From positions 2,395 through 66,394 of IMG/VR virus record IMGVR_UViG_3300031658_000004: a stretch of DNA of 64,000 nucleotides; one strand, given 5' to 3'. The notes beneath the pieces are model-generated. The model worked only from the letters and a program-made list of their open reading frames with translations, was not told the DNA's origin and ran no database searches. Positions 47,874-58,400 of this stretch are shown here, in pieces. This DNA is from a virus. The position numbers and the translations under genes were made by a program. The first letter of the stretch is position 1; every line of letters starts with the position of its first letter.

Positions 47874-49642
47874 TGTCAGGATTATCGTCTCAAGAAAAGT
47901 TAGATATAATTAAAGGATCTCTCACAGGGGAGGTAGATAAACCTGCCTTCCTTGCAATACAAGAGGCTGAACAACTGCTTATGGAGGAAGCTGAGGAACA
48001 AGCTAAATCTCAAGCAGGGTCTGAACAGTCTATAGAACAACCAGAAGTAGCTTCTACTGGAGGACCCGTTACAAACGGACCTCAAGTACCGCATCCTTCC
48101 CAGGGATCAGCACAACCCCATTTAGTTAATTCTGCATCCTCTATGGATATCGGATTTAATCAAGCAAATGGAACCTCTAGGGGAGCTACTACTCTGGGTA
48201 CTCAAGGAACTTATAAGAAAGGAGGACTCTTTAAATATTATCACGGAGGCGAACATAAGAAAGAATCAGCTAATAACCACGGATATTCTCGTTCTCAAAC
48301 AAAAGTTAAGAAAGGAGATAGACCTGATGCTACTTCAATACCTTTATGGGATCAAGCTAAAGGAGCATTTCAGAAAGCTGCTGGATCTTATGGGCAAGCC
48401 GGACAATCTTATATGCAATATTTTGGGAATGCCTTATTACAGGGTACTGGTTTAGTTAAAGAGAATGAATCTTATTTTGATGTGGATGAGAAGGATCTTC
48501 GCTCAGATGAATTAGCATCATATAAATCAATGTTAATACAGAATCTTAATAAAGGGAAAAAAGGAAAATTAGATTATAGAGATTATAGTAACAACAGTGC
48601 AATCACTGAGGCTGGGTCATCAGAAAAGGCTAGACTTCAATTAAAGAAGAATGCTGGGTCAACAATATTAAAAGATAATACTTTCCTAGGTGGGAGTAAT
48701 ACTACAAAAGAAGCATTACACGGATTAACAGGAAATGCTGCATACACTATAGATGATAAAGGTAATGTACATGTTCAGGATAATTATGACTTTAACTACT
48801 CACAAAAAAATGTAAAAAAGTCTGGAACTACAATAGGTAAGATGTGGGATATATTCAGTAACTCTAAACAAGAAGGTTTTTATCAAAAAGCTCATGAAGT
48901 AGGAGATAAGGTTAAATCTAGATTACCTGTGGATATAGCTTTAGGATCAGCAACTGATATGGGGTTATCAGAAAAAGAGATTAAATCCTTAACGAAATAT
49001 AATGCAAATGCTTCAGGAATTAAAAAAGTAGGGACATGGGATCTAATTAAAAGAGCTACTGGATTTAAAACTGGGGGGTTTAAATATCAAGATGGAGGAT
49101 ATAAAAATTATGAGCTACCTAAACAAGAAAAAGTAATGTCATATGAGGAGATGTTAAGGAGACAACGTTTTCAAGAATCTAGTTTTGACCATACTGCTGT
49201 AAGTCCTAAAGGAGCTACAGGTGTTGCTCAAATAATGCCTGACACTTTAGATTATGCTAAGATGAAGGGGTGGGTTCCTAAGAGTACTACTATGGAGGAT
49301 GTTAAAAAGTTTGACCTAGCTGAGAAGATTCAAGTTAATTATATGAATAATCTACTAGATAGAGATTGGATTAAAGGAACTGAGAAAGTTAAGAGAGCTA
49401 AAGCTCTAATAGCGTATAATTGGGGGCCTGGACATACATTTAAGAAATTAACTGAATTAAAGAAAGATGGAGTAGATATATATTCTGATGACTTAAGTTG
49501 GTTATCCCACTTTAATGACGAAAGTAAAGAGTATGTAGGACGTATTTTACAAAATAAAGGAGACTTTGGAGCGCAATACAAACAAGGTCTTAAAAATAAC
49601 ATACCTAAAAAGATGAAGAAAGGAGGCACATATAAGTCATAA
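47873..49642 (+). CDS. Virion protein with C-terminal lytic transglycosylase (SLT) domain
   Basis: QESS..AVSPKGATGVAQIMP, AYNWGPG, ESKEYV. Confidence 0.85.
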   Translation: MSGLSSQEKLDIIKGSLTGEVDKPAFLAIQEAEQLLMEEAEEQAKSQAGSEQSIEQPEVASTGGPVTNGPQVPHPSQGSAQPHLVNSASSMDIGFNQANGTSRGATTLGTQGTYKKGGLFKYYHGGEHKKESANNHGYSRSQTKVKKGDRPDATSIPLWDQAKGAFQKAAGSYGQAGQSYMQYFGNALLQGTGLVKENESYFDVDEKDLRSDELASYKSMLIQNLNKGKKGKLDYRDYSNNSAITEAGSSEKARLQLKKNAGSTILKDNTFLGGSNTTKEALHGLTGNAAYTIDDKGNVHVQDNYDFNYSQKNVKKSGTTIGKMWDIFSNSKQEGFYQKAHEVGDKVKSRLPVDIALGSATDMGLSEKEIKSLTKYNANASGIKKVGTWDLIKRATGFKTGGFKYQDGGYKNYELPKQEKVMSYEEMLRRQRFQESSFDHTAVSPKGATGVAQIMPDTLDYAKMKGWVPKSTTMEDVKKFDLAEKIQVNYMNNLLDRDWIKGTEKVKRAKALIAYNWGPGHTFKKLTELKKDGVDIYSDDLSWLSHFNDESKEYVGRILQNKGDFGAQYKQGLKNNIPKKMKKGGTYKS

Positions 49643-49705
49643 ATGTTATATAATAAAGAAACCTTTAAAAAATATAAGAAGTATAAAAAATATGAATATA
49701 TTTTG

Positions 49706-49713
49706 TACTTTTG
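49706..49713 (+). promoter_or_regulatory. TAnnTTTG element upstream of scaffold/MCP
   Basis: TACTTTTG in intergenic gap. Confidence 0.55.
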
Positions 49714-49743
49714 TAACTTAAACCAATAAATATATATATAGAT

Positions 49744-50859
49744 ATGAATGAACCAAATGACAAAATCCAGCTTGACGACATCTCCTTTGATGACGTTCTG
49801 CAGGATGTACTTCCTTCGGACGGCTTGGCAGAGTTAGAGATTGATGCCCCAGAAGAAGAAGTAGATGAAGAAGAAGTAGACGAATTCCTAGATGCTAACT
49901 CTGAAGATGAAGAAGGGGATGAAGATGATGAGGAAGATGAGGAAGATGAAGATGAAGATGAAGACGAGGATGATGAGGGAGAAGAAGAAGAAGAAGAAGA
50001 TGAGGGAGAAGTTTACGATGCCTCAGTAGTAAATGAAATTCTTTCAAACCTTGGGTATGATCCTACTAATGAATATGAAGATACTGCTGATGGGTTAACA
50101 AAAATGACTCAGGAAGTAGCTTCTAAATTAGCTGATGAAAGGATTGATGATTTATTAGAAGAGTATCCTAATGTGAAAGCACACCTAGAGTATGTTATGA
50201 ACGGAGGAGAGTCTAATACTTTTCTAGAAGCTAATCACAAAGAAGGGGATTATGATCTGTTAGAAATCCGTGAGGATGATATTAACACTCAAAGAAATGT
50301 CTTAGGTAACTATCTACATTTAAAAGGACATGATAAAGATTTTATTAATGAGCTTTTAGAAGATTATGAAGATAATGGGAAGTTACTTAATAAAGCTACC
50401 TTAGCTAAGGATGCAATGTCTAAGTATCAACAGGAGCATAGAGAAAAGATACAAGAGGAGCAAAGACAAACGACTGAGCAGCAAACCGCAGACAATAATG
50501 AATTCTGGTCTGGCGTTGCAAATACCATACAAGACTCTAGAGAGTTTGCTGGTATAAAAATTACAGAGAGAGAGAAGAAAGATTTTTATAATTATATTTC
50601 TCAACCTGTAGATAAGGCTGGTAAGACCCAGCGAGATGTAGATCATTTAGAAGCTGATATGGATGTTAAATTAGCTATAGATTATCTAATGTACAAGGGA
50701 TTTAATCTTGATGAAATTGTAGGAACACGAGCTAAAACTCGAAGCACTCAATCTTTAAGAGACAAAATCTCTCGAAACGAGGAAGATTTAAAGAGCACCA
50801 AAAGAAAAAGACGTACAGTTAAAAACGTTGATTTCGATGATTTAGATCTTTCTATTTAA
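49744..50859 (+). CDS. Capsid scaffolding-like acidic protein
   Basis: Highly acidic with poly-D/E tract; immediately upstream of MCP. Confidence 0.7.
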   Translation: MNEPNDKIQLDDISFDDVLQDVLPSDGLAELEIDAPEEEVDEEEVDEFLDANSEDEEGDEDDEEDEEDEDEDEDEDDEGEEEEEEDEGEVYDASVVNEILSNLGYDPTNEYEDTADGLTKMTQEVASKLADERIDDLLEEYPNVKAHLEYVMNGGESNTFLEANHKEGDYDLLEIREDDINTQRNVLGNYLHLKGHDKDFINELLEDYEDNGKLLNKATLAKDAMSKYQQEHREKIQEEQRQTTEQQTADNNEFWSGVANTIQDSREFAGIKITEREKKDFYNYISQPVDKAGKTQRDVDHLEADMDVKLAIDYLMYKGFNLDEIVGTRAKTRSTQSLRDKISRNEEDLKSTKRKRRTVKNVDFDDLDLSI

Positions 50860-50920
50860 TTAACCGACAATACGCTGGTCAAACAGCTTTTTGTATAACT
50901 AAACTTAAAAATAAATAAAA

Positions 50921-52351
50921 ATGAACGGAACAAACATTACTGTGCAAAAAAATCATTACAATGATGCACAAATGACAGATATGAACAGTCTGTCTAACGC
51001 TTTAATGTCCAAGCCTACTGAGCTTTCTCCTATCATTACTCATCTAGCTGGTAAAGATGATAAACGTTTTCCACTATCTTTCTTAACTGAAGGTGTTGGT
51101 AATGTGAAATCAATCGATAGATTAGAGTATGAATATAGAGTAAAAACTCACACGCTTAAGACAAGACCTGTAGCTGTAGCAACTGCTGGTGCCTCTTGGG
51201 GTGCTGCTGGAGCAACTTTTACATTAACATTTCCAGATAAATGGTTTGTATTCCCTTACGTATTAGTAAATGCGGTAGGAAATCAAGCTAGAATCATGGC
51301 TGAACCTATTCAGGTTGGTAGTGACTGGCAATATATGTGTCAATTAATTGACCCTGCTGGAGTAGCTATCACTATTGGTGGTGCTGTTGGAGATTTATGG
51401 GCTCAAATGTATGCACCTGTAGGAGTTGACTTCTCAAGAGGAAACGCTTCTAACTGGGAAACTCCAGGAAAGGTACGTAACAAAATTGGTACTGTAAGAA
51501 AGTCTTACCACATGTCTGGTAATGCTAAAGATTTTGTAGCTGAATTTACTTTACCAACGAAAGGAGGGAAGTCAACTAAGTTATGGATGGACTACGAAGA
51601 GTATACTCACATGTTAAACTTCAAAGAAGAATGTGAAATGTACTACTGGTACGGACAAAAAACTTATGATGCTGCTGGACAGACTCATATGAAAGATGAA
51701 AATGGACAGCCTGTTGTTGTTGGTCCTGGTCTTTTAGAACAAATTATCAATAAGGATACTTATTCTACTTTAACAGAGAATAAAATCAAAAACATTATTG
51801 GTGACTTATTCTATGGTATGACTGATGCATCTGCAAAACAAGTAACACTGTACACTGGTACAGGTGGTGCAAGAGAGTTTGATGAAGCTCTTAAATCTCA
51901 TTTCAACGGAGTTAACCAAGGTTGGAAAGTTGGAGGTGAGAACAGATTCATTACAGGATCCGGGAGATCATTAGGTTTAACTGGTTACTTTACAACTTAT
52001 GAGCATGTAGATGGTCATACTGTAAATGTAGTTAAGTTACCATTATTTGATCATGGACCTGTTGCACAAGCACGAGCGAAACACCCAGTTACTGGATACT
52101 CTTTAGAGTCTTACAGAATGGTATTCGTTGATCAATCTAACTATGACGGCCAAAATAATCTTCAAATGATCTCTAAGAAAGGTCGTGAAATGATGAGATG
52201 GTGTGTTGCAGGATCAGTAGTGCCTAGAGGATTTGATGCTACTTCTTCTAGAGCTTCTGATGTGGATGGTGCTTCTGTACACATGTTGAAAACTGCTGGT
52301 ATTGTATTGAGACGTTTCGATACTTCACTAGACATTCAATGTGTAGCGTAA
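50921..52351 (+). CDS. Major capsid protein (crAss-like)
   Basis: 476 aa; TDMNSL, GPGLLEQI, TGTGGAREF, HPVTGYSLESYRM; followed by terminator. Confidence 0.9.
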   Translation: MNGTNITVQKNHYNDAQMTDMNSLSNALMSKPTELSPIITHLAGKDDKRFPLSFLTEGVGNVKSIDRLEYEYRVKTHTLKTRPVAVATAGASWGAAGATFTLTFPDKWFVFPYVLVNAVGNQARIMAEPIQVGSDWQYMCQLIDPAGVAITIGGAVGDLWAQMYAPVGVDFSRGNASNWETPGKVRNKIGTVRKSYHMSGNAKDFVAEFTLPTKGGKSTKLWMDYEEYTHMLNFKEECEMYYWYGQKTYDAAGQTHMKDENGQPVVVGPGLLEQIINKDTYSTLTENKIKNIIGDLFYGMTDASAKQVTLYTGTGGAREFDEALKSHFNGVNQGWKVGGENRFITGSGRSLGLTGYFTTYEHVDGHTVNVVKLPLFDHGPVAQARAKHPVTGYSLESYRMVFVDQSNYDGQNNLQMISKKGREMMRWCVAGSVVPRGFDATSSRASDVDGASVHMLKTAGIVLRRFDTSLDIQCVA

Positions 52352-52389
52352 GGCATTAACGTGCGTCTATATATATTGGTTTTTAATTA

Positions 52390-52420
52390 GGGTTGTGGGG
52401 GAGTAATCCCCCATAACTTT
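52390..52420 (+). terminator. Intrinsic terminator after MCP
   Basis: GGTTGTGGGGGA-GTAA-TCCCCCATAACT-TT. Confidence 0.8.
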
Positions 52421-52486
52421 GGTTAAATAATTATAGGGGAGTTATTCTTTACACCCGACTAATTTAAACTTTAAAAGAACATTATT

Positions 52487-53299
52487 ATGAAAAGTAAAAA
52501 AGTATTCCTTAGAAGAAAAGAAGTAAACAATCATTTACCTAAAGAGGTACAAGCTGAGGCTGTATCCAAGTTAAGTAGTGTATATGTAAATCGTCAACCT
52601 TTAAAAGCGTTTGATCCTGAAGATGAGGACAAATATTTAAAAGGGATTTTAGATGTTAACCCTGATCATGTAGATTGGCCTAAACACTCTAAAATATTTT
52701 GGGCGGAATTGTCAGTACCTGTAGGATTTACAGGTGTTGAATTAGAAATTGGTATGGATAGTAAGGATCGTCCTATCAGTATTTTGGATTTTATTAAGTA
52801 TAGATTTGCTTTAAAGCATCCACAGGTAGCTCTAACAAAAGAAGAAATGGATAAAACTACAGGCAAACGATTCTATATTCAAGATCTCTCAAGAGAAGAC
52901 TCTACGAGAAATAATGAAATACAAGTATTGAAAGACTCCGATAAAGAATTCATCAAGTTGTCAGCTGATCCAGTTGCAATGAAAAGAGTGTTAAGAATAT
53001 TATCTAATGCTAATCCTGATATTTTATCAGCAGAGCAGATAGAAAATAATCTATACGCGGTTAAAAGCGCAGATCCTAAGAAGTTCTTAAGGATAGCAAC
53101 AGATACAAACCTAGCTGTTAAAGCAGATATTGAAGAAATGGTTTCGTCTGGTGTATTAAGAAGAATTGGTAATCAAGTTATCTTTATTGATGAGGTTATT
53201 GGTGAAACTTTAGAGGATGCGGTAATTTTTATGAAAAACAAAAAGAACTCTGGTCAATTAACGATCATGAGAGCTAAACTAAAAGAACTAGCATTATAA
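52487..53299 (+). CDS. Conserved crAss-like structural-block protein following MCP
   Basis: 270 aa, syntenic position. Confidence 0.65.
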   Translation: MKSKKVFLRRKEVNNHLPKEVQAEAVSKLSSVYVNRQPLKAFDPEDEDKYLKGILDVNPDHVDWPKHSKIFWAELSVPVGFTGVELEIGMDSKDRPISILDFIKYRFALKHPQVALTKEEMDKTTGKRFYIQDLSREDSTRNNEIQVLKDSDKEFIKLSADPVAMKRVLRILSNANPDILSAEQIENNLYAVKSADPKKFLRIATDTNLAVKADIEEMVSSGVLRRIGNQVIFIDEVIGETLEDAVIFMKNKKNSGQLTIMRAKLKELAL

Positions 53300-53300
53300 A

Positions 53301-54044
53301 ATGACTATAGGAGAGATGCATATAGCAATTCAGCTTGGAGTGGATAAAATAAATTCATTCCAAGCTGATATGTTATTACCGGAAGAGATTGATATAGAAT
53401 TAAATCAAGCTCAAATTAAATATATTAATACTAAGTATGGTAAAGGGAATAAATATCAAAAAGGATTTGAGGAATCTCAAAAACGAATTGATGATATTAG
53501 AACTTTAGTTACAGAGGCAAATTTAGTTGCCACATACAAAGAACAATTGGATGCTAGAATCTTTGTTGATTCTGTAACTCTTCCGGATGATTATATGTAT
53601 TTAGTTAATTCTAGATCTAACCTTGTGTTAAACCTAAACTGTACAAGCTTCATAGGAACTGTTACAAATACCTATGGTACAACTAGAGTATCAGCAGCAC
53701 CAGGTACTTCTACAGAGCAAAGAAAAGTTAATAAGTTTGTTCAATTAGATGATCTTTACACAATGTTAAAAGACCCATTTAATACAACAACAGATGATAG
53801 ACCACTATATACTGTAAGAGGCAATCAATTAGACCTATACACTAGTGATATATTTATAATAGACAAGGTAAAAATAACATATATAAGAATACCTGCCGAG
53901 ATTTCATTATCTTTGGCGGTAAGCTGTGAACTACCCGACCACTCTCATAGAGAGATTGTGGACATGGCTGTGGGTAGTATTTTGGAAACCATAGGGGATC
54001 CAAGATACAAAACTCATGAAATTGAGGTAAATAAAAATGAATAA
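53301..54044 (+). CDS. Head-tail adaptor / tail ring protein
   Basis: EIDIELNQAQ...GFEESQKRIDDIRTL...CELPDHSHREIVDMAV pattern of crAss-like ring proteins. Confidence 0.7.
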   Translation: MTIGEMHIAIQLGVDKINSFQADMLLPEEIDIELNQAQIKYINTKYGKGNKYQKGFEESQKRIDDIRTLVTEANLVATYKEQLDARIFVDSVTLPDDYMYLVNSRSNLVLNLNCTSFIGTVTNTYGTTRVSAAPGTSTEQRKVNKFVQLDDLYTMLKDPFNTTTDDRPLYTVRGNQLDLYTSDIFIIDKVKITYIRIPAEISLSLAVSCELPDHSHREIVDMAVGSILETIGDPRYKTHEIEVNKNE

Positions 54045-54067
54045 GTAATAAAAAAAATTTAGAAAAA

Positions 54068-54910
54068 ATGACAAAACAAATAATTTTTGGAGATGATGTA
54101 AGTAATGTTACCGCAAACGGTATCGCATTTGTTGACCAAGCGGGGGCTTTATTAGCAACTCCAGCAGCTGTAATTGCTGCAAAAATGTTTAGAGTTGAAA
54201 GAGTAGGAAGCATGGTAAAATCTCCTTGGATCAATCAGAAAGATATCACATCTGTAAGTGTAGGAACTGGAGCTGCTGCTGTAGCTGAATCTTTTTCAGT
54301 AACTTTAATTGAAGATGCTGCTGCAACTGAAGATGGTACTTTTAAACTAATCAATGTAGCATCAGGGTATGAGCCTTTTGGAAGAGCTAGTTTTGAAATA
54401 GCTGTTAATGGTGCTGCTAATACTATAGCTGTAGCTTTAGCTGCTGCTATTACTGCTAACTTACCAAGTTGGGTAGCTTCTGCTACTGCTCCTGGAGCAG
54501 GTGTATTAACTATCGTTGGTAAAGCTTATGCTGGAGGTATGACTGCTGCATCAGCTTCTCAAGTAGCTTGGGATCCTAATGGATCTGTTGCAACATGTAG
54601 TGTTCCTACTGTTGTTACTGCTGCTTCGAAAGGTACTGGTGATCAATACATAGCAATGGATTTAGAAAAAAGTCTTTTAGGTTCAGGTGTATCTGATTAT
54701 GATAGAGCTACATTCTTACCTGATGGAACTACTCTTTATGCTTCTCTTGGGTTCCCTTACGAGTTAAGTACAATTACATACAACAACCCTACTGTAAATC
54801 AAATCAACGGTGTGGATAATGAAAGAGTTCTTATATTAGCTGTAAGAAATTCTGCTGCTGCTGTTGCACCTGCAACTGCAATTGTAGATACAATTACTGC
54901 TGGTCTGTAA
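54068..54910 (+). CDS. Ala-rich structural protein (auxiliary capsid-like)
   Basis: 280 aa, Ala/Gly/Thr-rich, own terminator. Confidence 0.55.
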   Translation: MTKQIIFGDDVSNVTANGIAFVDQAGALLATPAAVIAAKMFRVERVGSMVKSPWINQKDITSVSVGTGAAAVAESFSVTLIEDAAATEDGTFKLINVASGYEPFGRASFEIAVNGAANTIAVALAAAITANLPSWVASATAPGAGVLTIVGKAYAGGMTAASASQVAWDPNGSVATCSVPTVVTAASKGTGDQYIAMDLEKSLLGSGVSDYDRATFLPDGTTLYASLGFPYELSTITYNNPTVNQINGVDNERVLILAVRNSAAAVAPATAIVDTITAGL

Positions 54911-54932
54911 GACAATAACAACTTTATAAGAT

Positions 54933-54968
54933 TATAGGGGGTGAAATTCCCCCTATACATCTTTTTTT
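54933..54968 (+). terminator. Intrinsic terminator
   Basis: TATAGGGGG-TGAAAT-TCCCCCTATA...TTTTTTT. Confidence 0.8.
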
Positions 54969-54988
54969 AACTTTTAAAACTTAACTAC

Positions 54989-55486
54989 ATGTCATTAAAG
55001 ATTGTATCCGTTAGACCTGATTGTCTAATGGTTTCTATAGATACTACAGACGCTTCGGGAGCAGGTATTGCCGGAGCTTTAACTATAACAAATTATGCCA
55101 CCTCTGTAGTCATTACTCATCCGGTAGTTTTTACAGTACCAGGTGAAACCTTAACTAACGATATCACTTTAATCTCTAATGGCGTATACCAAGTTGAATA
55201 CGCACAAGGAGGTACAACAGTATCTTCAGCAGCGTTTATAGCAAGCTGTGATATAGATTGTTGTTTATCTAAGTTAACAGAAGAACTAATTGATTGCGGG
55301 TGTGAATGTCCTAGATGTTCTAAAGCACTTGCTAAAGCACAAAAAATATATTTATTGATTAGTTCTGCTAAAGCTTCAGCAGAACAAGTCTACATACTTG
55401 GTAATACCGGGTATATACAAAATGCTTATAACAAGTATTTAAAAGCAAAAGAAATATGTGACCTGTCTTGCGGGTGTAATTGTTAA
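54989..55486 (+). CDS. Cys-rich structural protein
   Basis: CDIDCC, CGCECPRC, CDLSCGCNC. Confidence 0.65.
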   Translation: MSLKIVSVRPDCLMVSIDTTDASGAGIAGALTITNYATSVVITHPVVFTVPGETLTNDITLISNGVYQVEYAQGGTTVSSAAFIASCDIDCCLSKLTEELIDCGCECPRCSKALAKAQKIYLLISSAKASAEQVYILGNTGYIQNAYNKYLKAKEICDLSCGCNC

Positions 55487-55496
55487 AATTTTTTAA

Positions 55497-58400
55497 ATGG
55501 CATTAAAGAATGTAGTAGTTAGTGGTGGACATCAAAATCTAATAACCACAAGTGGGTATAGAGCTATTATTGTCAGTTCTGAGATTACCAATTATATCGG
55601 CCCAGTTGATACTGTTGTAAGTGTAGTTGATTTAATGTCAGGAGGTGCTACTACAACACCTGTAACTACTACTAATACTTCTCCATACGATTATATTCTT
55701 CTTAGTTATAATAATCTTGGGGCCACTGAACTTACTAGAAGTATTCGAGTAACATGGGATGATGGAGGTTATAAGGATTTTAATGTTAAATTATCTCCTA
55801 CTGACTTAAATCCTGTTTGGGGTACTGCCACTAGTGGTTATACTGATTATGTATCTATTGATGGATGTAATTCTCCTTTTCAGGGGTATAGACCTTTTAC
55901 TGCTAATATTTCATATGCGGGAACAACAACTACAAGTACTAAAATAGTTAATGCTGTTGCAGGATCTAATATACCTCAAGGTGCATTTCATTACACTGTA
56001 ACGATTCCAGACGCTTCTTTTAAAGATGTAAGTATAACATCTATGTCACTTGCCCATGGAGGTCCATCTGCCTTTATCACTAAAGGTCTTATAGGGGAAC
56101 AACATTATGAAACTCTTAGTACATTCGTAGCATCTGGATGGGCAGGATCTACACTACTCGCTACTACAACAGATGATGGAGGTGCTGCTTTTGACAGTAC
56201 AGTTATTGACATTGATAATCAGACTAGGATGTATAGTACTGGATCAGGTATAACTGGTAATAAAGCTCCCTGGTTACATACTCATCATTATGTAAATGAT
56301 ACACCAAATTGTCCCTCACCTTTAAGTTTGTGTGATGATTCTGCTAATATTAACTGGTGGGCGTATACTAATACAGAATGTGATGGTACTGCACTTCCCG
56401 CTGCTCTTATAGCAAATAATTTGTTGTTGGGCACACAAGGATGTTCAGCATGTGATTATTATAATGATAATACTTGTACTGCGGCAGACTGTTATGCGTG
56501 TTCAAATCTTAGTATAGCCAATAGTGGATTGGTTACTGGAGTAGTAACACAACATAGTTGTTATATTTACGGAGATATTACTATTGATGTATCAGCTGCT
56601 ACTGATTCTACTGGTCCTATTGATGTATATATAATCCCAGTTCCTAATACTACAATAAATGCTGGTGTTACATGGACATCTACTAGTGGTAATGATACTA
56701 TTGGATATGCAAGTATTACACCTATAGCAGGTCAAATTGTTATTGATGAAACTACATCCTATACCGCAAATAATAGTATAGATCCTGGAGTACTAACTAT
56801 ATTAAATATAGAATCCGCTTCTACACAAAATAATACAACTGTAAATTATACAGGAACTCCAGGACTACCACTTGATGCTGGTTCGTATGTTATATTATTG
56901 GTAGATTCAAATGGATGTATTTGGAAAAAGAAACCCCCATATCTCGTATCTACCGCTCCAACTATAACATGGTCGCAAGTACAGGCGGTTCCAACTTGTG
57001 GATCTAGTGATTTAGATATGTCAGTAACCCCATTAGGACCCCCAGCAAATGTAGCTGCAGCAACAGTTACCTGGACAGGCCCAAATGGTTTTACTCACAC
57101 CGGAACAAGTATACCATCTGGTATTATAGATTGTAGTGCCCCTTATATTGCTACTATTACAGATGTCTTAGCAGGATGTCCCCCAAATCCTTTAACCTTT
57201 AACCCTGTATATTGTATTCCAACAGCAACAGTAACGGCATCACCACAAGTAGTTACAATCTGTGAGACGGATACAACTCCTATTACGTTTACAGCGGTAG
57301 GATCTGTACCTAACTGGAGCCCTTCATGTGGTACAGGAACTTATGAATGGAGAGGCGTAGGAGGTACTCCTTTATATAGTACTAATGCAGTCTGGGGACC
57401 TAATAGTTGGGGGTCTAGTTCTGCTGGTACTTATGTGTACGAAGTAACTTATACAGAATCTTGTTCTGTAAGTCAAGGAGGATCTAATTGTACCGCTGTG
57501 GATACTGTAACAGTTATTGTAGAGAGTAGAGGCTGTACAAATCCAGTAGCTATTAATTATGATCCTGCAGCGTCGTGTGATGATGGTAGTTGTATTCTCT
57601 GTTCTAATCTCATTAATGTAAGTTCTACTACTCCAATTACCTGTTATGGGGGTACTGATGGAACCGCGACAGTAAATACCTCTGGGGGTAGTGGTAATTA
57701 TACATACTCCTGGAATACAACTCCTGTTCAAACAACTCAGACTATTATAAATCTGCCTCCAGGAGCACTAGTCTGTACAATAGTAGATACAACTACCGGA
57801 TGCTATGAATCTGTGGTTGCAGTTGTTGCAGGAATGCCAAACATAAGTACAGTTTTACAAATTACACATAATACATGTAATAATAATGGTAGTATACAAG
57901 CCATCATGGGTGGAGGAACAGGTACATTTACTTGGCTATGGAGTACTGGAGCTACCACTCAAACTATTAACAATCTAGCAGCAGGAACATATACCTGTCA
58001 AGCTACCGATTCTAATTTATGTGTGGGTACTTTAATGACAGCAGTTGTTCTAGATAACGCTGTATATGGCTGTACAAATGCTGCATCCAGCAACTATAGT
58101 GTATCAGCAACCTGTGATGATGGTTCTTGTGTGGTTCCAGGTTGTACAGATGATGGACTCCAAAGTGCATCATGGTGGTCGGATCCTGCTTCTAATACAA
58201 CGGGTATAGCGTACGATGTTATAACTGGTATATCAACGTATCCGATGGCTCAACCTTCGAACTATAACTCTTTAGCTACAATAGATGATGGTTCATGTGT
58301 TTACCCTCCTGCTATAACAGGGTGTTGTCTAACTATAACTGGTTTTGGTTCTGGGATTATTACAAATTGTACACTAGCTCATTCCTCGCATTTAACTTGC

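Noticed and set aside
49850-50010. GAAGAT-type tandem repeat
   Set aside because: Encodes the poly-Asp/Glu tract of the scaffold protein; not a CRISPR or regulatory array
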